A stretch of DNA of 64,000 nucleotides from an uncultured Methanomicrobiales archaeon (GTDB taxonomy: Archaea; Halobacteriota; Methanomicrobia; Methanomicrobiales; Methanospirillaceae), in NCBI GenBank assembly GCA_963697895.1, contig OY969100.1, positions 960,001 to 1,024,000 of the forward strand. Direction: 5' to 3'. Below, piece after piece: positions 10,305 to 20,049 of this stretch. A program made the position numbers and the translations under genes. The first letter of the stretch is position 1. Each line of letters begins with the position of its first letter. The notes under the pieces were generated by a model that saw only the letters and a program-made list of their open reading frames with translations, was not told where the DNA came from and searched no databases.

Positions 10305-11807
10305 ATGAAAAGGGGATTAATAGCAGGTAGCCTACTTATTTTTCTGTTTATCGGGTTTTGTATGGCGGGCACAGCCGCCCAGGGAACGCAGTTTACGATC
10401 AATGCGACCGCCGGTCAATATGGCAGCATCTCGCCATCCGGCGACGTGCAGGTCGCGCAAGGGGCAAACCAGACCTTCGTTCTCACACCCGACCCCGACC
10501 AGCTGAACTGCTGGGGCGCCGGGAAGTTCTTCGTCGTCTGGAATCTCACCGTCGACGGAGCGCCGGTGGATATCGGACCGCCATCTTCCCAGCCCGTCAA
10601 CTATTCCTTCACCGATGTGGAATCGAACCATACCATCCATGCAGAATTCACGTACGCACTCGTCAACGCAAAACCCACGGTGCAGATCATGGCGGACCCG
10701 ACGTCGGGAACGGCACCCCTACCGGTGAACTTCTCGTATATGGCGTCAGCCAACTTCAGCAGGGTACTCTGGTCGTTCGGGGATAATTCCACGTCCACCG
10801 AAACAAATCCGCAGCACACGTATCCGGACCCGGGCCAGTACACGGTGAGGTTAACGCTCTACTGCGAAAACAATGACTCCTGGATCGTAGAAGCGCCGGA
10901 CCTGGTCTCAGTCCTGGAGCCGCCCGTCGCTAATTTCACGGCCAACACGACGACCGGATTCCGCCCGCTGACCGTGCAGTTCAACGATACCTCGACCGGC
11001 TCCCCGCCCCTGAACTACTCCTGGGACTTCGGGGACAACACGTTCTCAACCGAACAGAATCCCGTACACACGTACACGTCGGCCGGTACATATCTTGTCA
11101 ACCTGACCGTCAGCAACAGCCTCGGGAACGACACGAAATCCGCCGATCCGCCGATCACCGTAATCGGGCCGATCGGCGGTAACAAGGGGAACTTCCTCGT
11201 CCACTGCAACGTCGACGGGGCGAAGGTCTTCTTCGATGCCGACTTCAAGGGCCTGATCGCGAACGGGACCCTCAACGTATCGGTATTCACGACGGCATCG
11301 CCCTATCGTTCCTACACGGTTTCGAAGGACGGGTACAGTACGTTCATCGCTCCCATCACACATTACCCGGGAAAAGACCAGACGATCGATCTCTACGCAG
11401 TGCTCTCCCCTTCAGCGGCCAAAGTGACGGGATGGGTTGCATCCGGCTCGGATTACGGTCCCTTCTCCGTCGCCGGAGCGAGGGTCCGGATCGCGAAGAA
11501 TGCATCGGACCTGGCGAGCCCGTACACTTCACAGGAGGCGACGACCGATGCCCGGGGGATCTACGCGATCTCCGGCCTGCCCACGGGGGTGCCCCTGTAT
11601 GCCGATGTTCTTTCGCCGGTGAATTTCCCGGTCAGGTACTACGCACGGCCGCTCTCCTTCCAGGTCAACCAGGGCAGCCTGGTCACTGCCTGGAACTCGA
11701 TATCGTTCCCCCGGATACCCGCACTGGTCCGGAACCAGACGGCCCAGGTGAACTTCTTCCTCAAACAGAACCCGAATGGTCTGGCGAATACGGTTATTAT
11801 CGGCTGA
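10305..11807 (+). CDS. Surface protein with 2 PKD domains, a PEGA-like domain and a C-terminal beta-sandwich
   Basis: Signal peptide; WSFGD and WDFGD...NPVHTY..G.Y.V.LTV PKD signatures; VHCNVDGAKVFFD. Confidence 0.9.
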   Translation: MKRGLIAGSLLIFLFIGFCMAGTAAQGTQFTINATAGQYGSISPSGDVQVAQGANQTFVLTPDPDQLNCWGAGKFFVVWNLTVDGAPVDIGPPSSQPVNYSFTDVESNHTIHAEFTYALVNAKPTVQIMADPTSGTAPLPVNFSYMASANFSRVLWSFGDNSTSTETNPQHTYPDPGQYTVRLTLYCENNDSWIVEAPDLVSVLEPPVANFTANTTTGFRPLTVQFNDTSTGSPPLNYSWDFGDNTFSTEQNPVHTYTSAGTYLVNLTVSNSLGNDTKSADPPITVIGPIGGNKGNFLVHCNVDGAKVFFDADFKGLIANGTLNVSVFTTASPYRSYTVSKDGYSTFIAPITHYPGKDQTIDLYAVLSPSAAKVTGWVASGSDYGPFSVAGARVRIAKNASDLASPYTSQEATTDARGIYAISGLPTGVPLYADVLSPVNFPVRYYARPLSFQVNQGSLVTAWNSISFPRIPALVRNQTAQVNFFLKQNPNGLANTVIIG

Positions 11808-12036
11808 AGTCCCTTCTTTTTTCTGTCACCGGGTACTGGACGGATTACCCGTTCAAAAAACCGGCCAATTCATCCGGATCTTTCTGAAACGGATGGGATA
11901 CCATAAGATCACTTCCGCTCACAGACAGGATACCCTGATTGCCGCCCCGGCCCGGATCCCTGTTGCACCTGGTGACCTCCTTTCCGCATCACAAAGGAAT
12001 ATCATCACCACCACGCCAGATCATTGACATCCAAAC

Positions 12037-12760
12037 GTGGTGGTCCAAAATCTCTCTCGTCCCGATCCCCCTGCAGATCGTCGCCCTGGTCCGGGAACGA
12101 AACTCCCTCTTCGCATACCCGGTGGAGCGGCTCGCCGGCGTGATAGGGGAGGTCGGGTTTCTTTGCGACCGTTGCGCAAAATGCTGCACCCGGGCGTTCA
12201 ACGGACATGTATTTCTCCTCGATCACGATGTGGCGGTAATCCGTTCCATAGATCCGGACGCGCTGGAACCTGCCCCGCACCCGGAGTTCTGCGACCAGCA
12301 CGGCAGGTTCTATGTCTCGGGGTACGCCCTGCGGACGAAGGGGGATGCTGCGGGCACGTGCTGGTTCCTGGAGGACGGCCGGTGCCGGATCTACGACCGG
12401 CGGTGCTCCATCTGCCGCATCTACCCGTACATGCTCCACCGGGAACCGGACGAGCACGGGAAGGTGGAATGGCGGCAGGTATCCGGGCTCGACGAGCACG
12501 GCGAATATCATGCGGAGATCCCCCCGGAAGAGTGTCTCTCCCTCGCCCGCGAGACGATGGAGTACGAGGACGCGTTCCTCGCGCAGGAGATCGCGTTCCT
12601 CGAGTTCATGGAAGACTACTTTACCCGCCACCATCTCAGGCACGTCCAGAAGGTGTACGATACAACGATGCGGCGGTACTCAAACGGCGAACCGGTCACC
12701 GTCATGGTGTATTATGACGGGAACCTGGAGGAGCGGACGTGCCGGAAAACGATGACATGA
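12037..12760 (+). CDS. YkgJ family cysteine-cluster protein; probable GTG start at 12037 with an extra base near 12043
   Basis: FLCDRCAKCC...CWFL...CRIY..RCSICRIYPY. Confidence 0.85.
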
Positions 12761-12869
12761 GTGAGTTGTGTTTTCATTGCGGTCATCGCAAACGGACTGC
12801 CATACAGTTCTGAGGGAACAGGTAACCATAAGCATTGGTGCTGAAAACGTCCTCACCGTTTTATTCTCG

Positions 12870-13487
12870 TCATGAGAGGCCCGACTCAGACTTTTTAAAT
12901 AACCTGCATATATCGGAATCCACCAATGAGAGCCATTCCTTCCGCTCTTCTTCCGAGCTGGTCACCACCACCGAAAACATCCTGCGATGGAACAGAGGAA
13001 CCCCGCAGAAAGAAAAGATACAGGTTTTCCAGAGATTTTCCAGCGGATCGCCAAAGATCACACGTTCCCGTTCCTGCGGCGTATTCGATGTGTTGAAGAC
13101 GAGGGCCACTTTCGCGATCAGGAGCCCCACCGGAACTCCTTCACCGGCGTCGCCGTCCAGGAACCGATAGGCGACACCGGGCCGGATCACCCGGTCTACC
13201 CATCCTTTCAGAATTGCAGGAGGCTGTCCCCACCAGTTGGGGTGGACGATAACGATCCCGTCTGCTTCCGCAATCTCTTCGCAGTGGCGGGAGATGACGG
13301 GATCGAGCGGAGCGTCCCTGGGGATCTCTGTATTGGTCAGGATCGGGTCGAATCGCTCCACGTATAGGTCATGAAAAATTACTGTATGCCCGTTTGCTTT
13401 CAAGGCGACAATCGCGGTCTCCGCGATTGCATGGTTGAAACTTCCTTTGTTCGGATGAGCGAGGATGACGGATATCTTCATTGTCAT
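12870..13487 (-). CDS. NAD(P)H-dependent oxidoreductase, flavodoxin-like fold (quinone reductase type)
   Basis: ILAHPNKGSFN, DLY, PNWWGQPPAILKGWVDRV. Confidence 0.9.
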   Translation of the reverse strand: MTMKISVILAHPNKGSFNHAIAETAIVALKANGHTVIFHDLYVERFDPILTNTEIPRDAPLDPVISRHCEEIAEADGIVIVHPNWWGQPPAILKGWVDRVIRPGVAYRFLDGDAGEGVPVGLLIAKVALVFNTSNTPQERERVIFGDPLENLWKTCIFSFCGVPLFHRRMFSVVVTSSEEERKEWLSLVDSDICRLFKKSESGLS

Positions 13488-13840
13488 ATCACTTCACGCT
13501 GATCCTTATAAGGACGTGGAATAAAACCACGCTGTCGGGTTCCAGGGTCCGATAATACCCGTTTCTTAAAAATCCGGCTGAAGATAAGGAACGGGATAAT
13601 GAACCGATCGATGAGGATTGGCAATGCAACAGGGAAAAGATCAAGGGAACCTGAATACAATTTTTTTCAGGATTCGCGATGACTGTTCCCTTTGCACTTC
13701 GTTTATCGAAGAGATCGTCCCGCTATTTTCATCTCCCTCATCGGGAGCTGTGAATTTTTTCCCCTGATGGATGCCCCGAACAAATTTTCCCCGGAGGGGT
13801 ACAGGATTATCCTTCTGTTTTTTTCTAAAAAATAATAAAG

Positions 13841-13874
13841 TATATATATTATAAAAGATGGAAGACTGTTTCCA
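13841..13874 (+). promoter_or_regulatory. TATA box followed by a NrpR-type operator GGAA-gactgt-TTCC (13860-13873)
   Basis: TATATATATTATAAAA at 13841-13856; exact match to the methanogen nitrogen operator consensus GGAA-N6-TTCC; lies upstream of PII genes. Confidence 0.75.
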
Positions 13875-14043
13875 CAAATTATATTAATAACTATAATCAA
13901 TAGAGTATCGGCGTTCGGTCCCAACCGTAACCGAAAATGCAGAAACTACCGCTCTAAAAAATGTTCTGACCATAATGAGTGGTCAGAGCCGAACAATGTA
14001 CTACCGCGATCGACGGTAAACTCGATCCTGCAAGAGGCTGTCT

Positions 14044-14400
14044 GTGAAATTAATTCGAGCAATTATCAGACCCGAATCCACACAACGGGTGATTGAAGCG
14101 CTGGAGAAAAATAGCATCCATGCCATGACACGGACGAATGTTACCGGGAGGGGCAAGGAGATGGGAATTTCACATGGATCTCTCCGGTATACCGAGATAC
14201 CAAAAGAGATGCTGATGATCGTGCTTCCCGACAGCGATGTGACCAAGGCGGTCAAGGTGATCGAAACATCGGCAAGAACCGGTACAAAGGACAATCCTGC
14301 CGGAGGAAATGTCGGCGATGGAAAGATCTTTGTCTCCGATGTCGAGGAATCGTATACGATCAGAACCGGCGAAAAAATAAGAGAGATCGGACAGGCATGA
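14044..14400 (+). CDS. PII family nitrogen regulator, NifI1-like
   Basis: IRAIIRPE, VTGRGK, Y.EIPKEMLMIV, ARTG...GDGKIFV...YTIRTG. Confidence 0.9.
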   Translation: MKLIRAIIRPESTQRVIEALEKNSIHAMTRTNVTGRGKEMGISHGSLRYTEIPKEMLMIVLPDSDVTKAVKVIETSARTGTKDNPAGGNVGDGKIFVSDVEESYTIRTGEKIREIGQA

Positions 14401-14834
14401 AAGAGATTATTGCAATTATCCGTACCGAATGTGTGGAACCGACAAAGGACGTTCTTGAATCCATCGGTGTAAAGGGGATTACATTTATCAACGGCATCGG
14501 GCGGGGAAGGCAGGGAGGAACAATCCTGACGCCGGATCCGGAGGGCACCCTGCGGCGGAAAGCCGGTGTTCAGATCATGCACCAGCGTGGCATGATCCGT
14601 GATATCGACGATCCAAAATACCACATGCCCGTACAAAAGGAGATCGACCTGGGATTCCTCCCGAAAAAAATGCTCATGATAGTGGTAAATGACGATGAAG
14701 TCTCCCATATTGTCGATGCTCTCATAAAAGTAAACAGGAGCGGGCAGAAGGGTGACGGAAAGATCTTTGTCTGCCCCGTGAATGATGCCATCCGTATAAG
14801 AACCAGAGAACATGGAAATTCGGCACTGTCATAA
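14397..14834 (+). CDS. PII family nitrogen regulator, NifI2-like (long T-loop)
   Basis: MKEIIAIIR, GRGRQ, PKKMLMIVVND, VNRSG.KGDGKIFVCPVNDAIRIRTRE; ATGA overlap with the upstream gene. Confidence 0.9.
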   Translation: MKEIIAIIRTECVEPTKDVLESIGVKGITFINGIGRGRQGGTILTPDPEGTLRRKAGVQIMHQRGMIRDIDDPKYHMPVQKEIDLGFLPKKMLMIVVNDDEVSHIVDALIKVNRSGQKGDGKIFVCPVNDAIRIRTREHGNSALS

Positions 14835-14904
14835 AAATTCGGCCCAGGGGGATCTTCCCCGGATACAGCCGATCCGCCGGATCCCCTGATTTCACGTATA
14901 TCCT

Positions 14905-15366
14905 ATGCCTGAGTTTACCATCGAACGGGTGAGAGAGGAGACCGTTCCGGAGTTCCTGAATCTGCTCGACCGGCTTGCCGAGTACGAGAGGCTGGATCCG
15001 CCGGATGCGGGTGCCCGGTTACGCCTGAAGGTCGATATAATACAGAATCCCCCGAAATTCGAGGGATATATCGGGAGGCTCGGGGACGGGCCCGTCGGGT
15101 TTGTCACGTTCTTCTTCACGTACTCCACGTTCCTTGCCCGGCCCACCCTGTTCCTGGAAGATCTCTTCGTGCGCGAAGAGTACCGGGGGAACGGGTTTGG
15201 AAAGCGCCTCTTTGAATTCTGCCGGAACGAGGCGAGGGTTCGCGGGTGCGGCCGCATGGACTGGATGGTACTCACGTGGAATAAGCCATCCATACAATTT
15301 TACGAGAAGATCGGGGCCGCCCGAATGGGGTGGTATACGTACCGGCTGGAGCGGGAGCAGTTATGA
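14905..15366 (+). CDS. GNAT N-acetyltransferase (diamine acetyltransferase-like)
   Basis: YSTF....FLEDLFVREEYRGNGFG, WMVLTWN.PSIQFYEKIGA. Confidence 0.9.
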   Translation: MPEFTIERVREETVPEFLNLLDRLAEYERLDPPDAGARLRLKVDIIQNPPKFEGYIGRLGDGPVGFVTFFFTYSTFLARPTLFLEDLFVREEYRGNGFGKRLFEFCRNEARVRGCGRMDWMVLTWNKPSIQFYEKIGAARMGWYTYRLEREQL

Positions 15367-15400
15367 TGACGTGCGGGATTCTTTGCACGCTACGGATTCC

Positions 15401-15514
15401 GGCACGTCCAGAAGGTCTACGATACAACGATGTGGCGGTACTCAAATGGCGAACCGGTCACTGTCATGGTGTACTATGACGGGAACCTGGAGGAGTGTGC
15501 ATACCGGAAAGCGA
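15401..15514 (+). pseudogene. Diverged duplicate of the 3' end of the YkgJ gene (copy of about 12639-12753)
   Basis: ggcacgtccagaaggt.tacgatacaacgatg.ggcggtactcaaa.ggcgaaccggtcac.gtcatggtgta.tatgacgggaacctggaggag is present at both sites. Confidence 0.9.
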
Positions 15515-15824
15515 AGGCGGGGTGTTGAAGGAGAACGTTCGATCGAACGCGGTAGGCCCTTATTTCTTGGTTTTAATAGGGAACGATAGGCGGTTGTCGT
15601 TTTCCCTGAGGGTGTCCCTTTTCAGCCACTCCGATCCGAGGAATGACATTGGCCGGTACATTGTCTGTGACATGAGTCAAGGGGTCTATCGGTTTAACTC
15701 CTCTTTATAAAGATTTTCGAGCATGCGTAATGGAACAAATGCACGAGAAGTATGTGATGATTTGGTAAAAAGAATCGAGAATCAAACGTTGCAATAATTA
15801 AAATTAAGGGGAATAAAAGGCTCT

Positions 15825-18800
15825 TTATGTAAATTGAAGCTTGGTAGATTTTGTAATTCTTTTTACGATATCCGAAACAATTTCTCGTTCTTCTGATTGT
15901 AAATTACTATAATAATAGTTGGTATTCTTGGTCTCGATTATTTTAATAGCATCTCTAATTGGTTTAATAAGAATTTCATAATCGTTTCCTTCTACCATAA
16001 CAACTTGATCAATCACACCTTTTACCAGATCGATGTTGTTTAAATCAATTATATTTTTTAGGAAGTCCATAATTATCGATTTTATTTTATCTTCTTCTAA
16101 CTTTGGCTCGATAAGTGTTGATTGCTTCAATAGCAATCTTCCATTATGATAATTACCTGAGTTATATTCATTAAATGCCAATCTGAAATATATTTCATTC
16201 ATATCCTCAACAAAATCTTTATCAAATTTATTTAAATTTGTGCCGATTTTATTAATTTCATTCATTGCTTCTCTATTATTATCAACTGAAATATAAGCTT
16301 CAATTAAACATTTTCTTATGTTTGTTTTAATAAATTCATCGCCTTTTTTTTCGATTTCCTTTTCGGCAACCTGTATACATTCTTCGAATTTTTCAGTCTT
16401 AATAAATAGATCTAACACTTGTAAAAGGGCAAAATCATCATTTGGGTTAATATATAGAACTTTTTTAAATAAATTCAAAGATTCTTCATATTCTTTCAGT
16501 TCTTTTAATATTGATGCTTTTAAAGATAAATATTCAATATTGTCGCGCTCCTTTGCCAATAGATCATTTACTAGGGAATATGCTTCATCATATTCCTGAT
16601 TGTCAAATAAGGCTCTACATTTGTATTTTAATACTGAAATGTTATCTGGATTAATCTTTGTTAATTTGTTAAAAATTTCCACTCCTTCTGAGAATTGCTG
16701 ATTGCAACATAATAATAAACCGTAGATTTCAAGATGGTCAACGTTATCCGGTTCAATTTTTACAGAAAGTTGAATCGATTTTAATGCTTCATCTATTCGT
16801 CTTTGTGCGCAGAGAGCCAGGGCTTTATAATATAAAATATTTGAGTTATTTTTATCAATATTTAAATATTCATTAAAAGTTGAAATTGCTTCATCCATTT
16901 TATTTAATCTTAATAAAGCACGTCCCTTACTTTCCAATGCGATACTATTGGACGGATCAATTTCTAGGATTTGATTGGCTATTTGCAGCGCATCGGAAGG
17001 CTGGTTGATTACTTCGAATATATATGCTTTTACTGCGAGTGCAAATATCTGCTCGGGGTCTCTTGTGATTGAATAATTAATGACTTCTAGTGCCTCCGAA
17101 TTCCTATCGAGTTCTATAAGGGCCAGGCTTTTCGTTGCTAATAAAAAGGGCACTAAATCAGATTTCTCCGAATATTTTTCTAATAATTTTTCACAAAGGA
17201 TAAGAACCTCATTTAGTTTTCGCATTCTTAACAGTACAAGACATTTTCGAGCTAAAAACAATTTATTATCTGAATCGATAACAAGGCAATTCTCAATTAT
17301 TTCCAATGCGTTTTCATCTTGTCTTAGTTCTATTAATGCAATTGATTTTAGATTTAATGCTTCAATATCATTGGGATTAACATTTAATACACGGTCTAAC
17401 GATACCAATGCCTCATCATAATTATGCTCTGAAATCATTATCTGGGCGTCTTGAATTATCTTATTACTAATCTTGATTCCGCTATCTTGCAGGATTTTTA
17501 TGTGACTTTCAGCTTTCTCTAATCCTCCTAATTCGATAATCTTCTGTGTTATCTTGGGGATGTATGAGAGGATACATTCTGCAGGTAATGCTTCAGCATA
17601 GTAGCATACATCCTTAATGACGGAACGATCGCCAGCCTGAAGTAATTCAAATTTTTGTTTAAAATATTCTCTCCTCTCCCTTGGTGTATACCATAGTGTT
17701 AAAAATTCAACAAATAGTGATATCCTTTTTCTTCCAAGCGGTTGTCGCATCTCACGCCAAAATCTAAATAAGCGCTCTCGTACTTCGTAGTACGTTCTTT
17801 TTCTAATCCGATGAGAAATAATATACCTCTCACCCTCGAGTCTACGAAGCTGTGAATTAACTGTTTTAATATCTATTCTAGACTTTTCTGAGATTTCTGT
17901 TGGGGTTAGAGGATTTGGCGAAGATATTATTACATCAAAGATTTTTCTTTTTTGACCACTAAGCATTTGAAATATTTCTTGGTAATAGGGGGTATGCTCA
18001 TCTACCATTTTAAGGAAAATATTTTCAATTTTTTCCAAATCCCCTCGGGTTATTATCTCATAAATCAATATTACGAGTCTTGGACTACCACCGATTAGAT
18101 GAGACAATCCAGTAATTTTTGAGTTTAATTGCCTTTGATTTTTTATGAAATCTTCATTCCCTTCAATGAGGGCAATTCTTTTCATCAGCTCTAAAATATC
18201 TTTCTTTTGTAATTCCTTAAGGTAAAACACCTGGAAAAAATTATAGAATGGTTCTTCATGATTTGATATTGCGGGAAAAATAATCGGTGCGGATGCAATG
18301 ATTGAAATGTTATTGGTTTCTTGAAACACAGATCTTAATTTCTGAAGTTCATTTCTATCTAATTGCCTGAACAATTCATGCAGATTTTCAATAAAAATAA
18401 AAAATTCTTTATCCTCCTGAAGGGAAATTTCATTTATTCTTTGAACAGCCGCATTGAAAATTGAATTTTCATCCTTTAATTTCAAAAGATCGGTTATATC
18501 TTCCTCATATAGTTCCAGTATTCGCAGAAAGAAATCCGATGCATTAATTATTGAATATTCTTCTTCAGAAAATTTAACTGGGATTACTTCTGATCCAAGT
18601 CCTTTCATTAGTTCATAATAGATTAGAGTCATGAAATGGGATTTCCCAATCCCTCTGGGACCAACTAATAGGAAAAATCGTGTTGTTTTATTGCGAACTG
18701 ATGTTTTTATTTCACCCATTATGTTTGAAAATAGTTTGTCTCTTCCCACAAATAGGTCATATAAATCCTGTTCTTTCATATTCTCTGGAGAATAGCGATA

Positions 18801-18827
18801 GAAAATTACATCCTTAGATGCTGGCAT
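15825..18827 (-). CDS. STAND/AAA-type ATPase with winged HTH and many TPR repeats (1000 aa)
   Basis: Walker A GPRGIGKS; Walker B-like FIFIENL; GGSPR; wHTH LTPTEISEKSRIDIKTVNSQLRRL; repeated ALxIDP/NP TPR units; AT-rich. Confidence 0.85.
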   Translation of the reverse strand: MPASKDVIFYRYSPENMKEQDLYDLFVGRDKLFSNIMGEIKTSVRNKTTRFFLLVGPRGIGKSHFMTLIYYELMKGLGSEVIPVKFSEEEYSIINASDFFLRILELYEEDITDLLKLKDENSIFNAAVQRINEISLQEDKEFFIFIENLHELFRQLDRNELQKLRSVFQETNNISIIASAPIIFPAISNHEEPFYNFFQVFYLKELQKKDILELMKRIALIEGNEDFIKNQRQLNSKITGLSHLIGGSPRLVILIYEIITRGDLEKIENIFLKMVDEHTPYYQEIFQMLSGQKRKIFDVIISSPNPLTPTEISEKSRIDIKTVNSQLRRLEGERYIISHRIRKRTYYEVRERLFRFWREMRQPLGRKRISLFVEFLTLWYTPRERREYFKQKFELLQAGDRSVIKDVCYYAEALPAECILSYIPKITQKIIELGGLEKAESHIKILQDSGIKISNKIIQDAQIMISEHNYDEALVSLDRVLNVNPNDIEALNLKSIALIELRQDENALEIIENCLVIDSDNKLFLARKCLVLLRMRKLNEVLILCEKLLEKYSEKSDLVPFLLATKSLALIELDRNSEALEVINYSITRDPEQIFALAVKAYIFEVINQPSDALQIANQILEIDPSNSIALESKGRALLRLNKMDEAISTFNEYLNIDKNNSNILYYKALALCAQRRIDEALKSIQLSVKIEPDNVDHLEIYGLLLCCNQQFSEGVEIFNKLTKINPDNISVLKYKCRALFDNQEYDEAYSLVNDLLAKERDNIEYLSLKASILKELKEYEESLNLFKKVLYINPNDDFALLQVLDLFIKTEKFEECIQVAEKEIEKKGDEFIKTNIRKCLIEAYISVDNNREAMNEINKIGTNLNKFDKDFVEDMNEIYFRLAFNEYNSGNYHNGRLLLKQSTLIEPKLEEDKIKSIIMDFLKNIIDLNNIDLVKGVIDQVVMVEGNDYEILIKPIRDAIKIIETKNTNYYYSNLQSEEREIVSDIVKRITKSTKLQFT

Positions 18828-19998
18828 GATATTTCCTCCAATAATCTTTGAGCATTTTGGAATAAAATCTTAAATTGTCGTTTTTCACTTTTTCAATATA
18901 GAAATCATTACTTAATTCTGAAATCAAATTATTAAATGCATCAGGGTCATTTTCTCCAGTTTCGGATAAAAAAACTCCAAAAGCAAGATGCATCGGGTAA
19001 TCTGACACTTTCGAGATTTCACTTAAGACTAACAAAATTGCATTCCTATATTTCGTGCGGTAATAATCATTTATTCGACGATAATAGTGTTCAAAATAAT
19101 GGATACCTTCAGCTCCAAGAATACGATTTTCATATATAGCAACGATTTCCTCTTCATTAATATCACGTTCATAGATTTCAAATTCTTCAGTAACTGCACT
19201 TAGCATTATCATTAAAAAATATGGAATGTACGGCAACCCAATACATTGAAGAATAGTTTTCCCTAGGTTTTCAGAATAATAGATGCCTTTTTCTTTAAAA
19301 ACCTGATAAATGATGTTTAAAGCGACAGATTCTTCGAAACCCTCTACTTTCACCCTTTTAACATCGTTAAGAACCGCGACACCACCCAAATCCCTTATCG
19401 TACTATCGATGCTAACTGAACCGGCTAACACAAATTTTAAATTTAGATTTGTTTGGCGAATTCCTCTAAACCAATTTAAAAATTTATTTGCATCAGTTTT
19501 TTGCATTTTTTGTATAGCTATAGGAAATTCATCCATTAAGATTACAACATCGCTATCGATTTCTCTAACTAATTTGGAAATTTCAAGTGCTTTCGCACGC
19601 CATACTTTATCAATATCTTCCTCTTTATTGTCTCGTAATTTGGCATTAAAGTCAGATAAACCGATTTCTTGAATATTTTCTTTTATTATTGATGGTGTCC
19701 TTTTTAATGAAGATAAGATTTTAGTTTTTCGACTAATAAATTTGCTTTCAGTAATTGCCATTATTAATTCTGTTATTAATTCCAAAGGCGTTGTAACACG
19801 TTCAACATCGATAAAAATACACGGGATCTTTTTCTCTTGTAAATCGGTCTCAACTTTTCGCATTATTGAGGTTTTACCAAATCGTCTTGGGGAAACTAAT
19901 AATATACTGTTTTTTTCTAGAAGACTCTCAATATGAAGCACCAATTTTTCTCTATCAATAAAATCAACGCCTGTTGCGGGACTCCCTACTGGAAACAT
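18814..19998 (-). CDS. Archaeal-ATPase-type P-loop NTPase with a probable C-terminal winged helix
   Basis: FIDREK, Walker A SPRRFGKTS, Walker B VILMDEFP, FVLAGS; 14-bp overlap with the downstream gene. Confidence 0.85.
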   Translation of the reverse strand: MFPVGSPATGVDFIDREKLVLHIESLLEKNSILLVSPRRFGKTSIMRKVETDLQEKKIPCIFIDVERVTTPLELITELIMAITESKFISRKTKILSSLKRTPSIIKENIQEIGLSDFNAKLRDNKEEDIDKVWRAKALEISKLVREIDSDVVILMDEFPIAIQKMQKTDANKFLNWFRGIRQTNLNLKFVLAGSVSIDSTIRDLGGVAVLNDVKRVKVEGFEESVALNIIYQVFKEKGIYYSENLGKTILQCIGLPYIPYFLMIMLSAVTEEFEIYERDINEEEIVAIYENRILGAEGIHYFEHYYRRINDYYRTKYRNAILLVLSEISKVSDYPMHLAFGVFLSETGENDPDAFNNLISELSNDFYIEKVKNDNLRFYSKMLKDYWRKYHASI

Positions 19999-20016
19999 AA
20001 ATCGTCAATTTATTTG

Positions 20017-20049
20017 TATAACGTTTATGTTATATAACAATTTTGTTAT
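20017..20049. promoter_or_regulatory. Two overlapping palindromes TATAAC-N6-GTTAT(A) over the promoter of the NTPase pair
   Basis: TATAAC-gtttat-GTTATA (20017-20034) and TATAAC-aatttt-GTTAT (20033-20049), 19-51 bp upstream of ATG 19998. Confidence 0.55.

Noticed and set aside
15600-15800. IS terminal repeat (gagggtgtcc...) and a short gene remnant at the island's left edge
   Set aside because: No matching second end, transposase or target duplication was found; too short to support.
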